Shown: positions 18,313 to 26,507, counted from the first letter of the stretch. The stretch is DNA of 35,837 nt from a virus (IMGVR_UViG_3300048577_000125:1-35837), one strand, 5' to 3'. Numbers and translations are program-made. Notes: generated from the letters alone by a model not told the origin.

Positions 18313-18548
18313 TACTCCCGGCAGCACACATTAAACAGAACCTTCGCCCGGCTTGCCAGCTCATTCAGCGCCGCCTCGCCATCCGCCGCCGCCCTCTCCC
18401 ACTCCTCCGCCGTCGCCGGCGCCGCCTGCGCCTGGCGGAGACACTGCGTCATGTAGCACCCCTTGACGGATTCCAAATCATAAATCAACTGCGAAATCGC
18501 CTCCGCCACCTGCGCCTGCTGCCAGCGGCCGCGCCTACTCCCGGCCAT
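18312..18548 (-). CDS. Hypothetical protein
   Basis: Likely start ATG 18548 (MAGSRRGRW...). Confidence 0.5.
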   Translation of the reverse strand: MAGSRRGRWQQAQVAEAISQLIYDLESVKGCYMTQCLRQAQAAPATAEEWERAAADGEAALNELASRAKVLFNVCCRE

Positions 18549-18918
18549 TGAACCAGCCAAAGCCGCCAAGAAAGAGAAATAGTGCAGCCACAACAAACAT
18601 GCTGGCCAGGAAGACAGCAACGGGCGCCGGCAGATCAAACACATTGTGATTGTCGATCTGATTCAAAATGGCAACGACACCGAACATAGTGCCAGCCAGG
18701 AAAGAGAAGTAGCCCAAAATCCAAAGCCAGACCTGCGGCCGGCGATTCTTCAGCTTGTGAACCTCCTCCTTGACAATCGCCACATCGCGGCGCAACTCAC
18801 CAAAATCCACCAGCAGCCCGTTGATGCGCGCCTTCTCGTCTCCATACACGATAAGCTTTAGATCGCTGACCACTTGGACGAGCGTGTCCATCACTTCCAA
18901 AATATTCTCACTTGCCAT
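18535..18918 (-). CDS. Membrane protein, possible holin/hemolysin-like
   Basis: N-terminal coiled coil and two C-terminal hydrophobic helices. Confidence 0.55.
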   Translation of the reverse strand: MASENILEVMDTLVQVVSDLKLIVYGDEKARINGLLVDFGELRRDVAIVKEEVHKLKNRRPQVWLWILGYFSFLAGTMFGVVAILNQIDNHNVFDLPAPVAVFLASMFVVAALFLFLGGFGWFNGRE

Positions 18919-19234
18919 CGCCGCCCGACTCCCGCGCGATCATATTTGCCAGCGCGCCGACCGCCAGCGAGCCGATAGCGATCAACCCGTCGCTCACCTG
19001 CTGGCCGAGCAACGGCACAGCAATCATGCCGATCACACACACAGCGCCAATGCCACCCAGCAGCCAGATCGCAGGACGATAAAGCAACGGCAGCGCCTCC
19101 TTGCGGCTGTACACCTCCTGCGGCAGCGCCCCCTTCTCCGGCTCCGTCACCGCCGCCGCCCGGCCCGCCGCCGCGTCCCACGTATAGCGCCCACTATCCA
19201 ACTCATTCGTGCTCTCAGGAATCACATCCGCCAT
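18908..19234 (-). CDS. Two-TM membrane protein, possible holin
   Basis: IWLLGGIGAVCVIGMIAVP and LIAIGSLAVGALA helices; first gene of the late operon. Confidence 0.55.
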   Translation of the reverse strand: MADVIPESTNELDSGRYTWDAAAGRAAAVTEPEKGALPQEVYSRKEALPLLYRPAIWLLGGIGAVCVIGMIAVPLLGQQVSDGLIAIGSLAVGALANMIARESGGDGK

Positions 19235-19283
19235 AAACCCATCCTCGCACAACGCACCAAAGTCGGGAGCCGCAGACCTGGCC

Positions 19284-19317
19284 AAACGAAAAGCCGAGGC
19301 GACCCACGGCCTCGGCT
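19284..19317 (-). terminator. Intrinsic terminator ahead of the late operon
   Basis: AGCCGAGGC-8nt-GCCTCGGCT-TTTCGTTT on the minus strand. Confidence 0.7.
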
Positions 19318-19373
19318 CCCTGGTTGTGCTTCAATTGTACCAGAAATCGCGCTTACACTTGTGTCAGAACACT

Positions 19374-19450
19374 GCTACTACTACCGCCGCTACCGGGCAT
19401 TCCCAGCCCTATAGCGCCAGCAAAAGCCCCGTAGCGGTAGTAGTAGTAGC
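19374..19450. repeat. 25-bp imperfect inverted repeat with (CTA)n/(TAG)n arms
   Basis: GCTACTACTACCGCCGCTACCGGGC ... GCCCCGTAGCGGTAGTAGTAGTAGC. Confidence 0.8.
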
Positions 19451-19454
19451 GCGC

Positions 19455-19476
19455 TCACTGTCGTTTCCGACAGTGA
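19455..19476. repeat. 22-bp palindrome P5
   Basis: Exact copy directly after the integrase stop. Confidence 0.95.
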
Positions 19477-19478
19477 GC

Positions 19479-20408
19479 CTACCCCAGCCGCCAGTTATCC
19501 ACCGGCGAGGCCCGCCTGTGCGCCTCCGCAATATCCGTCTGCGCCAGCGCCAGATAGCGCCGCACCATCTCCATCGTGCTGTGGCCCAGCAGCCGTTGCA
19601 GCGTGTACACGTCCCCGCCGTTGCGCAGATAATTGATCGCAAACGTGTGGCGCAGCCGATGCGGTGTCACCGGCTCCACAATCTCCGCCCGCTGGCCGGC
19701 AGCCAGCAGCAGCTTGCGCAGCGCGTTGCGGTCCATCGCAGAGTGTTTCGTCGTCTCAAACAGCGGATCGTCAGGCCGCGTGTCCTTGCGCTTTGCGAGG
19801 TAGCGCCACAGAGACTCACGCGCCAGGTTCCCCAGGTAGACCGTCCTCCCCTTATCGCCCTTGCCGCGCCGCACCTGCGCCGCCCCCGTCTTCATATCCA
19901 CATCGCCGAGCAGCAGGTCGCACAACTCCGCCGCCCGGATGCCCGTATCCAGCAACGCGAGGATGATAGCCCGATCCCGCACGCGTGTGCTGCGCAGCGT
20001 CGTCGGCCCGCTGCGCTTCCCCTCCCATTCCGCAGTCCGCTCGCACGCCAGCAGCAGCCCGCGCAAGTCCTGCTTGCTCAGCGGAATAATCTCCCGGCTG
20101 GCGGCCGCCGGCATCTTGACCCTGTAGCGCCGGATCACATGCTCCACGCCCATCTCCCCCTCCAGCCACGTGAAGAAGGCACTTAACCCGATCCATGCAT
20201 TCTTGACCGTCTTCGGGCTCAGCTTCTCTTCAATGCGCAGATGGTACAGGAATCTGCGCACGTGGTCGGCTGCCAGATCGCCCGTGTCCACATCGCCAAT
20301 CAGCCGCACCCACTTATGCAGCGTGTTGGCATACTCGCGCATCGTGTTGATCGAGCCTGCTCCGGCCCGGAACAACAAAAACCCCTCAATCGCCAGACTG
20401 AGACGCAT
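19479..20408 (-). CDS. int: Tyrosine integrase (XerC/D-like)
   Basis: DTGIRAAEL, GKGDKGR, HRLRHTFA and LLGHSTMEMVRRY motifs; adjacent to attP. Confidence 0.95.
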   Translation of the reverse strand: MRLSLAIEGFLLFRAGAGSINTMREYANTLHKWVRLIGDVDTGDLAADHVRRFLYHLRIEEKLSPKTVKNAWIGLSAFFTWLEGEMGVEHVIRRYRVKMPAAASREIIPLSKQDLRGLLLACERTAEWEGKRSGPTTLRSTRVRDRAIILALLDTGIRAAELCDLLLGDVDMKTGAAQVRRGKGDKGRTVYLGNLARESLWRYLAKRKDTRPDDPLFETTKHSAMDRNALRKLLLAAGQRAEIVEPVTPHRLRHTFAINYLRNGGDVYTLQRLLGHSTMEMVRRYLALAQTDIAEAHRRASPVDNWRLG

Positions 20409-20486
20409 ACACTCCCCCTATCCGTCAGCTTATCCATGCGGCCTCTGGTTGCTCCCATCCATGAGGTTTCTAGTTCGGCCACCTCC

Positions 20487-20498
20487 GCACATGTGTTC
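20487..20498 (-). promoter_or_regulatory. Possible LexA box upstream of the integrase
   Basis: GAACACATGTGC, one mismatch. Confidence 0.4.
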
Positions 20499-20530
20499 TG
20501 TTCTGATAATAAAATTGCGCTGTATAAACA

Positions 20531-20562
20531 GACAGCCACTCCTGGTCACAGGAGTGGCTGTC
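20531..20562 (-). terminator. Terminator hairpin downstream of the tRNA fragment
   Basis: Perfect 14-bp inverted repeat GACAGCCACTCCTG-GTCA-CAGGAGTGGCTGTC, then TGTTTAT on the minus strand. Confidence 0.7.
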
Positions 20563-20579
20563 GAACAACAAAACTATAG

Positions 20580-20623
20580 TGGGCGAGGAGGGACTTGAAC
20601 CCGCGACCTCACGGATGTGAACC
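20580..20623 (-). other. attP: attP core: 3' half of tRNA-Val(CAC)
   Basis: GG-TTCACAT-CCGTG-AGGTC-GCGGGTTCAAGTCCCTC-CTCGCCCA gives anticodon loop, T-arm and acceptor 3' strand; no 5' half; next to int. Confidence 0.85.
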
Positions 20624-20745
20624 ATCCTCCCCCGTGCCGCCACTCCCAGCCGCACGGCCCTCAGTTATCACCCATCCATGCGGCTTCCGCTGCTCCCAAC
20701 CATCCGCCGTATGGATGCGGCTGCCGACGCGTCCCCGGCGGCCTC

Positions 20746-20776
20746 CTGTACCGATAACGGCTTGTTATCAGTACAG
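20746..20776 (+). other. dif/Xer-like site I (most symmetric copy)
   Basis: CTGTACCGATAA-CGGCTTG-TTATCAGTACAG. Confidence 0.8.
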
Positions 20777-20829
20777 CACCTCGTTTTGCACCTTGCGGCC
20801 ACGTTGGACAAAACCCGCGCGGCCCCCGC

Positions 20830-20851
20830 TCACTGTCGTTTCCGACAGTGA
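20830..20851. repeat. 22-bp palindrome P6
   Basis: Exact copy, 3 bp after the stop at 20855. Confidence 0.95.
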
Positions 20852-20854
20852 CAC

Positions 20855-21511
20855 CTACCGCACCGCCCGCCCATCCGCCTGCACCGTATACGCATTAAAG
20901 TCGCTGATGTCCAACCGCGTCATCACCTCAAACGGCGACGACTGGCCGGGCGCGAGCCGATCCAGCTTCGTATACCCTTCGCCCACCTGCACGATCTTGC
21001 CGTCCCGATAGAACGTCACCACCGCTTTTACAAACTGCATCTCCTGCGTGCCCGCGTTCCTGATCTCGCCCACAACGCTCGCACTATCAAACACATTCAC
21101 GGCTGACGACACCTGCATCAACTGGAACGGCGCCGCCACATCCACCCGATACGCCACGCCCCGTGGGTCACTCAGCACCGGCCCCGCACTGGCCCCCGTG
21201 CTGGCCGCCGCCTGGGCCGGCTGCGCAGCCTGCACCGCACTCGCCGTCACCACCGCCCCACTCCCCTCCAGCCGCACCTGCACCGCCACATTCATCGTCA
21301 TCGGCGCCGTCAGCGTCACCTGCTGGCCGCCCACGATGCCGCCCAGCGTCACCTGCACCGGCGCCGCCTGGCTGATCGTCACCACCGCCGGCTGCAACAA
21401 ACGCAACGGGCCCGCCTGCGCCAGCACCACCAACGAACCAACCAGGAGAAGAGCAGCCGCCAGCCCAACCGCAAAAAAAGCACGTCGCATCGGGGACATC
21501 CTTTCTATCAA
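20855..21511 (-). CDS. Secreted FxLYD-domain protein (lysogeny accessory)
   Basis: Signal peptide; VVGEIRNAG...FVKAVVTFYRDGKIV...LAPGQSSPFEV. Confidence 0.75.
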   Translation of the reverse strand: MIERMSPMRRAFFAVGLAAALLLVGSLVVLAQAGPLRLLQPAVVTISQAAPVQVTLGGIVGGQQVTLTAPMTMNVAVQVRLEGSGAVVTASAVQAAQPAQAAASTGASAGPVLSDPRGVAYRVDVAAPFQLMQVSSAVNVFDSASVVGEIRNAGTQEMQFVKAVVTFYRDGKIVQVGEGYTKLDRLAPGQSSPFEVMTRLDISDFNAYTVQADGRAVR

Positions 21512-21564
21512 ACCTTACATTTTGTCAGGTTAAAACACCCAACTTATCATCTACAATGTGACTA

Positions 21565-21622
21565 TTGAAAGTTTGTTGGATTTCCGCTATAGTCAGTGTG
21601 TCAACTTCTAGAACAGGTGTTC
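21565..21622 (+). promoter_or_regulatory. Sigma70-type promoter with downstream LexA box
   Basis: TTGAAA-17-TATAGT (21565-21593); GAAC-AGGT-GTTC at 21611-21622. Confidence 0.7.
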
Positions 21623-21623
21623 C

Positions 21624-21830
21624 ATGCTCGCATCATCCATCATGCCAAAACAGCGCAAACGAACCTATCAATCCGAGTTCGCATCGCTCTCCCCATCGCA
21701 GCAAGAAGACGACCTAAACCTGATGCAGATCTTTCTCAATCTGCTGGGCCTTCTCGGCCCAAAACGCCCGGATAAACGCCTCCGCCGCGGGCAGCCCGTC
21801 CGCGCGCGCAAGGCCCAGCGCCGTCAGTAG
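21624..21830 (+). CDS. Small basic protein antisense to the repressor 3' end (candidate antirepressor)
   Basis: ORF starts 1 bp after the LexA box. Confidence 0.4.
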   Translation: MLASSIMPKQRKRTYQSEFASLSPSQQEDDLNLMQIFLNLLGLLGPKRPDKRLRRGQPVRARKAQRRQ

Positions 21831-22241
21831 CGCATCCAGCACGTCGGCTCCCATCGCCTCGGCCTGATCCAGGTACACCGCCGCCTGGCGCTCATTCCGC
21901 TCGCGCCGCTCGGCATCCTCCAGCACCAACGCGTGTTGGTGCAGTTCCTCGCGCCTGCCCTCCGACAACCGCGCCATCACCTCCAACACCTCGCGCCCAA
22001 AACTCGGCAGCTCCGGCGCCGGCGCATACCCGTTCGGATTGTCAGTAAGCTCTAGTAAGTAGTCAACCGTGCATTTGTATCGCCGCGCCAGTCTCGCCAG
22101 CAAAGGCCAAGCTGGTGGGCTGTTGATACCTTGCTCCAACTTGTAGAGATATTGGGGAGTAATACCCTCATACTGGGCTACCTGTCCCTGCGTCAGCCCT
22201 ACGTGTTCGCGTCGCTCTCTCAATCGAGCAGGAGTCAGCAT
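21714..22241 (-). CDS. Immunity repressor (Xre/Cro-C1 HTH)
   Basis: RLRERREHVGLTQGQVA...YLYKLEQG...VDYLLELTD; divergent from the early operon; no S24 peptidase domain visible. Confidence 0.9.
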   Translation of the reverse strand: MLTPARLRERREHVGLTQGQVAQYEGITPQYLYKLEQGINSPPAWPLLARLARRYKCTVDYLLELTDNPNGYAPAPELPSFGREVLEVMARLSEGRREELHQHALVLEDAERRERNERQAAVYLDQAEAMGADVLDALLTALGLARADGLPAAEAFIRAFWAEKAQQIEKDLHQV

Positions 22242-22263
22242 ACTTAGATGTTACCCCAAAACT

Positions 22264-22352
22264 AACCAAGTTGTTTAGTGAACTTGCGCTAAGGTATTGA
22301 CAAGTCCAACCATATTGGTTTATACTTTGGCTGTCTGCTGAACAATATGGTT
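22264..22352 (+). promoter_or_regulatory. Early promoter and three operator-like repeats
   Basis: TTGACA(22297)-18-TATACT(22321); AACCAAGTTGTT, AACCATATTGGT and AACAATATGGTT. Confidence 0.75.
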
Positions 22353-22369
22353 ATTTAGGAGCCAAAACC

Positions 22370-22579
22370 ATGACCGAACCAACCCGCAAACGCCGCACTC
22401 GCAAGCAAACCATGACCGAATGGATTCGTCTGGTGGCTACCCCCCTCGACAAGGCCATGCTCGCCGAAGTCACGAAGCGCAGCGGCGATGACACCGAATC
22501 CGCCACCGTCCGCCGCCTCATCCGCGTCGAACACGCACGCCTCAGCGCCGCCCAGCCGCACAGCGAGCAGGCCGCCTAA
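22370..22579 (+). CDS. Cro-position DNA-binding protein, ribbon-helix-helix-like
   Basis: 69 aa, AGGAG RBS, WIRLVATP...ESATVRRLIR. Confidence 0.65.
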   Translation: MTEPTRKRRTRKQTMTEWIRLVATPLDKAMLAEVTKRSGDDTESATVRRLIRVEHARLSAAQPHSEQAA

Positions 22580-22626
22580 CCGCCTGCACCCGCAGCGGAG
22601 CACTGCGGCTGTCAAGTAATTATTGC

Positions 22627-23763
22627 ATGGGAGTGCAAACCTATATGAGCCAATCACAGATCGCCGCCACAACCACCGACATCATCCTTGCCCAGCCCGC
22701 CATCGGCCTCGGCAGTTGGATCGTCCCCGGCGTCGAAGACGGCGACATGCAAGCCATCGCCTGGCAGCGCGCCAAAGACGCCTGGCTCGAATCCAAGCGC
22801 CGCAAGAGTGGCAGCGCCAGCACCGTCCGCGCCTACCAAGGCGACTGGACGCAATTTTTCACCTTTGTGGAGAAAGCGCCGTGGAACGTCAGCAGCCGCG
22901 ACGCCGACGCCTGGATCGGCCAACTGCAAGCGCAGGGAACCAGCCAGACCAGCATCAACCGCAAGCTCGCCGCCCTCAGCAGCTTCTTCCAGTTCGTCAT
23001 CGACAAATTCACCTTCGTCGGTCGCGACCAGATCGAACGCACCATCTACATCGACAGCCACGGCAACCCCCGCGGCAACCCCTTCCGCAAGCCGGAGCGG
23101 TTCAAAGTCGATCAGTACAACCATAGCAGCCCGATGTCCGTTGAAACCGTCAAAACGGTTCTCAAGGCCATCAACGCCAAGAGCCTGCTCGGCAGCCGCG
23201 ACCATGCCCTCATCGTCGCCTACCTCTACACGGGCCGCCGATCATCCGAGATCGCCAACCTGCGCTGGGAAGACATCGACGTAGACGACGTCAAAGGCCG
23301 CTACTACTACACCTGGCTGGGCAAGGGAGCGAAGGGCCGCACCGACGAACTGCCCGCCCCCGCCTACCATGCCATCCTCAACTTCCTGCGCGTCACCGGT
23401 CGGCTGGCAACCATCCAGGCCAAAGATTACATCTTCCAGGCCGTCTACGCCGACCGTGCGCAGCGCCTCCCCAACGTGCGCAGCGCCCCGGCCGCCAACC
23501 GCCCCATCAGCGGGTCGATGATCAACCGCATCGTGAAAAGGCACTTCGTCAAAGCCGGCGTCCCCGCCGCCAGCATCCACACCCACACGCTGCGCCACAC
23601 CGCCGCCCACCTGCGCTACCGCGACGGCGCCGGCCAGGACCTCCTCGCCGTCAGCCGTTTCCTCAACCATTCATCGGTTGCCATCACGCAGATTTACCTG
23701 TCGAAAATGCAGAAGCCCGTAGACACCGGCTGGACGGAGGTGGAGCAGCTACTGATGTACTGA
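22627..23763 (+). CDS. Second tyrosine recombinase
   Basis: STVRAY...SINRKLAALSSFF core-binding domain; TGRRSSEI, GKGAK, HTLRH and LNHSSVAITQIY catalytic motifs. Confidence 0.93.
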   Translation: MGVQTYMSQSQIAATTTDIILAQPAIGLGSWIVPGVEDGDMQAIAWQRAKDAWLESKRRKSGSASTVRAYQGDWTQFFTFVEKAPWNVSSRDADAWIGQLQAQGTSQTSINRKLAALSSFFQFVIDKFTFVGRDQIERTIYIDSHGNPRGNPFRKPERFKVDQYNHSSPMSVETVKTVLKAINAKSLLGSRDHALIVAYLYTGRRSSEIANLRWEDIDVDDVKGRYYYTWLGKGAKGRTDELPAPAYHAILNFLRVTGRLATIQAKDYIFQAVYADRAQRLPNVRSAPAANRPISGSMINRIVKRHFVKAGVPAASIHTHTLRHTAAHLRYRDGAGQDLLAVSRFLNHSSVAITQIYLSKMQKPVDTGWTEVEQLLMY

Positions 23764-23785
23764 TAAGAGAAGGTTATCAACACTC
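23755..23785 (+). other. dif/Xer-like site J
   Basis: ATGTACTGATAA-GAGAAGG-TTATCAACACTC; contains the stop codon of recombinase 2. Confidence 0.7.
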
Positions 23786-23873
23786 GGCAACAAAAAGAGG
23801 GCCGCTGCGAGGAGCATCGCAGCGGCCAAAGAATCGCAGGGAGTGCAGCGATTACAACCAAAGGATAGCACAC

Positions 23874-24131
23874 ATGACAACGCCAGACAACACCAGCACG
23901 CAAACACAACCAACCGCCTCACCCACGCCCGATCCCATCGACCAGGCGCGCCAGCTCATCAACATGTTCAGCAACGGCGGAATAATCTGCCAGACCACGG
24001 AAAGCAGCAAAGCCGATGATGCTACCCTCGTCCTCGCCGCCGTCGGCATCGCCATCGCCGCCCACGTCAGCCGCCTGGCCGACGCCGTCGAAGCCCACAA
24101 CCAATTCATCGCCCAGCACGGGCCATTCTGA
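23874..24131 (+). CDS. Hypothetical protein
   Basis: 85 aa with AAGGA RBS. Confidence 0.6.
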   Translation: MTTPDNTSTQTQPTASPTPDPIDQARQLINMFSNGGIICQTTESSKADDATLVLAAVGIAIAAHVSRLADAVEAHNQFIAQHGPF

Positions 24132-24142
24132 GGCAGCACCCC

Positions 24143-24409
24143 ATGAACCTCACCACACTGACCGCCCTGCCCGCCGAACCCCTGCTCCAACGCCAGGGGA
24201 TTCACCAACGCCTGTCCGGCGCCGGCCTCGCCGCCCTGCGCACCGTTTTCAGCGACCTTGTCGAAGACCAGGACGCCCGCCTCGCCGTCAGCGCCGAACC
24301 CAGCCGCATCCCGTTGTTGTGGCGGGGCCTGGCCGAAGTGGTCGGGCTCGTGATCGACAACGACGGCCGTATCATCGACGGCCCCCGTAGCCAAGTCCCT
24401 GGTCTCTAA
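24143..24409 (+). CDS. Hypothetical protein
   Basis: 88 aa, in operon. Confidence 0.6.
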   Translation: MNLTTLTALPAEPLLQRQGIHQRLSGAGLAALRTVFSDLVEDQDARLAVSAEPSRIPLLWRGLAEVVGLVIDNDGRIIDGPRSQVPGL

Positions 24410-24431
24410 CCAACAGGAGAGCACGCCGACC

Positions 24432-25007
24432 ATGCGCCCAACGCCCACACCCCTCGATTACAAATGGCTTCACCAGCAAGTCACCCGCGCCCTCCAAAGC
24501 GCCGGTGACGCCCCCGCCATCACGCTAGAGCGCCCCGCCGCCGAACTCATGGTCTGCGTGCTCGACATCGCGGGCGACGGTGGGCGCGTCCGCCCCGCCC
24601 GCGCCGCCCGCTATCAATTCGATGAAGAAGACCTCCACCCCGCCGTCATCCACGAACTCCAGCGCCTGGCCCGCAACGGCGAAGCCCCCAGCAAAGCCCG
24701 CTGGGACCAGCAGCGCCAATCCCAACTGCCCAGCGCCCAGCACTGCTGCCGCATCCTGGCCACCCCATGGGCCGCCCTCTGCCAGGAAGCCGGCCTCACC
24801 CTCAACCGTTACGCCCAACGCTGGGCCGGCCACAGCACCCCCGCCAGCGCCGCCCCCGCTGCCGGCGACGACGAGGACGAGGGCGAGGATGCCCCCATCC
24901 TCACCGAAGACGACTACATCCGCGACTGGCCCACCGTCGCCCAGCGCAATGAATCATTCATCGCCGGCGGCGTGCGCGTCACCCGCGAATACCACACCCT
25001 ACGGTGA
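24432..25007 (+). CDS. Protein with homing-endonuclease-associated repeat-like domain
   Basis: ELQRLARNGEAPSKARWD...LPSA...WAALCQEAGL pattern. Confidence 0.55.
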   Translation: MRPTPTPLDYKWLHQQVTRALQSAGDAPAITLERPAAELMVCVLDIAGDGGRVRPARAARYQFDEEDLHPAVIHELQRLARNGEAPSKARWDQQRQSQLPSAQHCCRILATPWAALCQEAGLTLNRYAQRWAGHSTPASAAPAAGDDEDEGEDAPILTEDDYIRDWPTVAQRNESFIAGGVRVTREYHTLR

Positions 25008-25010
25008 ACC

Positions 25011-26507
25011 ATGAGCACCATGACCAACATTCTTGACGACCTGCTTGGCGGCGCACCCCCCAAGCCCAGCACCATCGAACTCAGCCAACTGCGCATCGAC
25101 GGCGGCACCCAAATGCGCGCCGGCCTCAATGATGCCACCGTGCAAGAGTACATGGAGGCCATGCGCAATTTCGGCGGCTACGGCCCGTTCCCGCCCATCG
25201 TCGTCTACTACGACGGGACCGACCACTGGGTCGGCGACGGCTTCCACCGCGCCGCCGCCGCCACCCGCAGCCAACTCAGCGCCATCCCCGCCGACATCCG
25301 CCCCGGCACACGCCGCGACGCCATCCTCTTCGCCGCCGGCGCCAACGCCAGCCACGGCCTCCGCCGCAGCCAGGCCGACAAACGGCGCGGCGTCGAAACC
25401 CTCCTGCGTGACGAAGAGTGGCGCAACTGGGCCGACCGCGAGATCGCCCGCCGCTGCAACGTCAGCGCCGACCTCGTCGGCCAGGTCCGCCGCGAGCTCT
25501 ACCCGCCCGCCGCGCCGCCGCCCGCCGTGCCGCCCGTCACTGTCGGAAACGACAGTGAGCCGGCCCCTTGGGTCCCGCCCGGCCTCGGTGCCCAGCCGCG
25601 CACCTTCGTCACCAAGCACGGCACGCCGGCCACCATGCAAACCGCCAACATCGGCAAGACCCAGCCCAGCTACGTGGCCTCGTGGCGCATCGAAGTCGCC
25701 GTGCGCTGCGTCTGCGAGCGGGACACCCCCCTCGCCGCCGCCACCCAGGCCCACGCCGACGGACTGCGCGAGGCCGCCCGCACGCCCGGCAGCGCCTTCA
25801 TGCGCGAGGTCGAAGCCATCCTGGACGAAGACGACCTCGAATATCGCCGCCAGGACATCGTGCAAGCCATGCACAACGTTGCGCGCCAAATCGAGCAGAA
25901 CTGCAAAAGCCTGGCCGCGCCCGCCCTTGCCGTGCCCATCAAACTGGCCGCCCGCGACGAAGCCAGCGCCATCCTCACCCCCGACCGCGCCGGCCCCGAT
26001 GACCTGCCCGTCAGCCAGCGCGATGGCTACGACGGCGACGAATGGTACACCCCCGCCGACATCATCCGCACCGCCGCCGGCGTCATGCTGCGCATCGACA
26101 CCGACCCCGCCACCTGCGAACTGGCGCAAACCGCCGTCCAAGCCGGAACCTACTACACCAAATTCGACGACGGCTTGACGCAGCCCTGGCACGGCGCCGT
26201 CTGGCTCAACCCGCCCTACAGCACCCCACAAGTTTGGATCGACAAACTATTCTGTGAACTGTTGTCCTCGCGCTGCACCCAGGCCATCGTCCTGGTCAAC
26301 AACGCGACAGAAACAGCATGGTTTCAGCGCCTGCTGGCCGAAGCCAAACTTGTCTGCTTCCCCTCTCGCCGCCTGGCCTTCTGGCGTCACGACCACAGCA
26401 ACGTGGGCGCACGCCAGGGCCAGGCCCTCTTCTACTTTGGCAGCCGCGCCGAAGTCTTTCACGGCGCCTTCAGCAACATCGGCGTCGTCCTGCGGAGGAG
26501 CAAATGA
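25011..26507 (+). CDS. ParB-like N-domain/HTH fused to a phage Dam-family N6-adenine methyltransferase
   Basis: PPIVV...GDGFHR, WADREIARRCNVS HTH; C-terminal DEWYTP, DPA and WLNPPYS motifs. Confidence 0.88.
   Translation: MSTMTNILDDLLGGAPPKPSTIELSQLRIDGGTQMRAGLNDATVQEYMEAMRNFGGYGPFPPIVVYYDGTDHWVGDGFHRAAAATRSQLSAIPADIRPGTRRDAILFAAGANASHGLRRSQADKRRGVETLLRDEEWRNWADREIARRCNVSADLVGQVRRELYPPAAPPPAVPPVTVGNDSEPAPWVPPGLGAQPRTFVTKHGTPATMQTANIGKTQPSYVASWRIEVAVRCVCERDTPLAAATQAHADGLREAARTPGSAFMREVEAILDEDDLEYRRQDIVQAMHNVARQIEQNCKSLAAPALAVPIKLAARDEASAILTPDRAGPDDLPVSQRDGYDGDEWYTPADIIRTAAGVMLRIDTDPATCELAQTAVQAGTYYTKFDDGLTQPWHGAVWLNPPYSTPQVWIDKLFCELLSSRCTQAIVLVNNATETAWFQRLLAEAKLVCFPSRRLAFWRHDHSNVGARQGQALFYFGSRAEVFHGAFSNIGVVLRRSK
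25537..25558. repeat. 22-bp palindrome P7 (inverted copy, inside the ParB-Dam gene)
   Basis: TCACTGTCGGAAACGACAGTGA, encodes (V)TVGNDSE. Confidence 0.95.

Noticed and set aside
19335-19364. Possible 15th dif-like site TTGTACCAGAAA-TCGCGC-TTACAC
   Set aside because: Lacks the invariant TAA and the TTAT arm; better explained as an extended -10 promoter on the minus strand.
20580-20660. Intact phage tRNA-Val
   Set aside because: The 5' acceptor strand and D-arm are absent; interpreted as attP.
24999-26231. Long minus-strand ORFs opposite the early genes (also 30979..32064, 32706..33671)
   Set aside because: Antisense shadows of ParB-Dam, FtsK and membrane genes, with no motifs.
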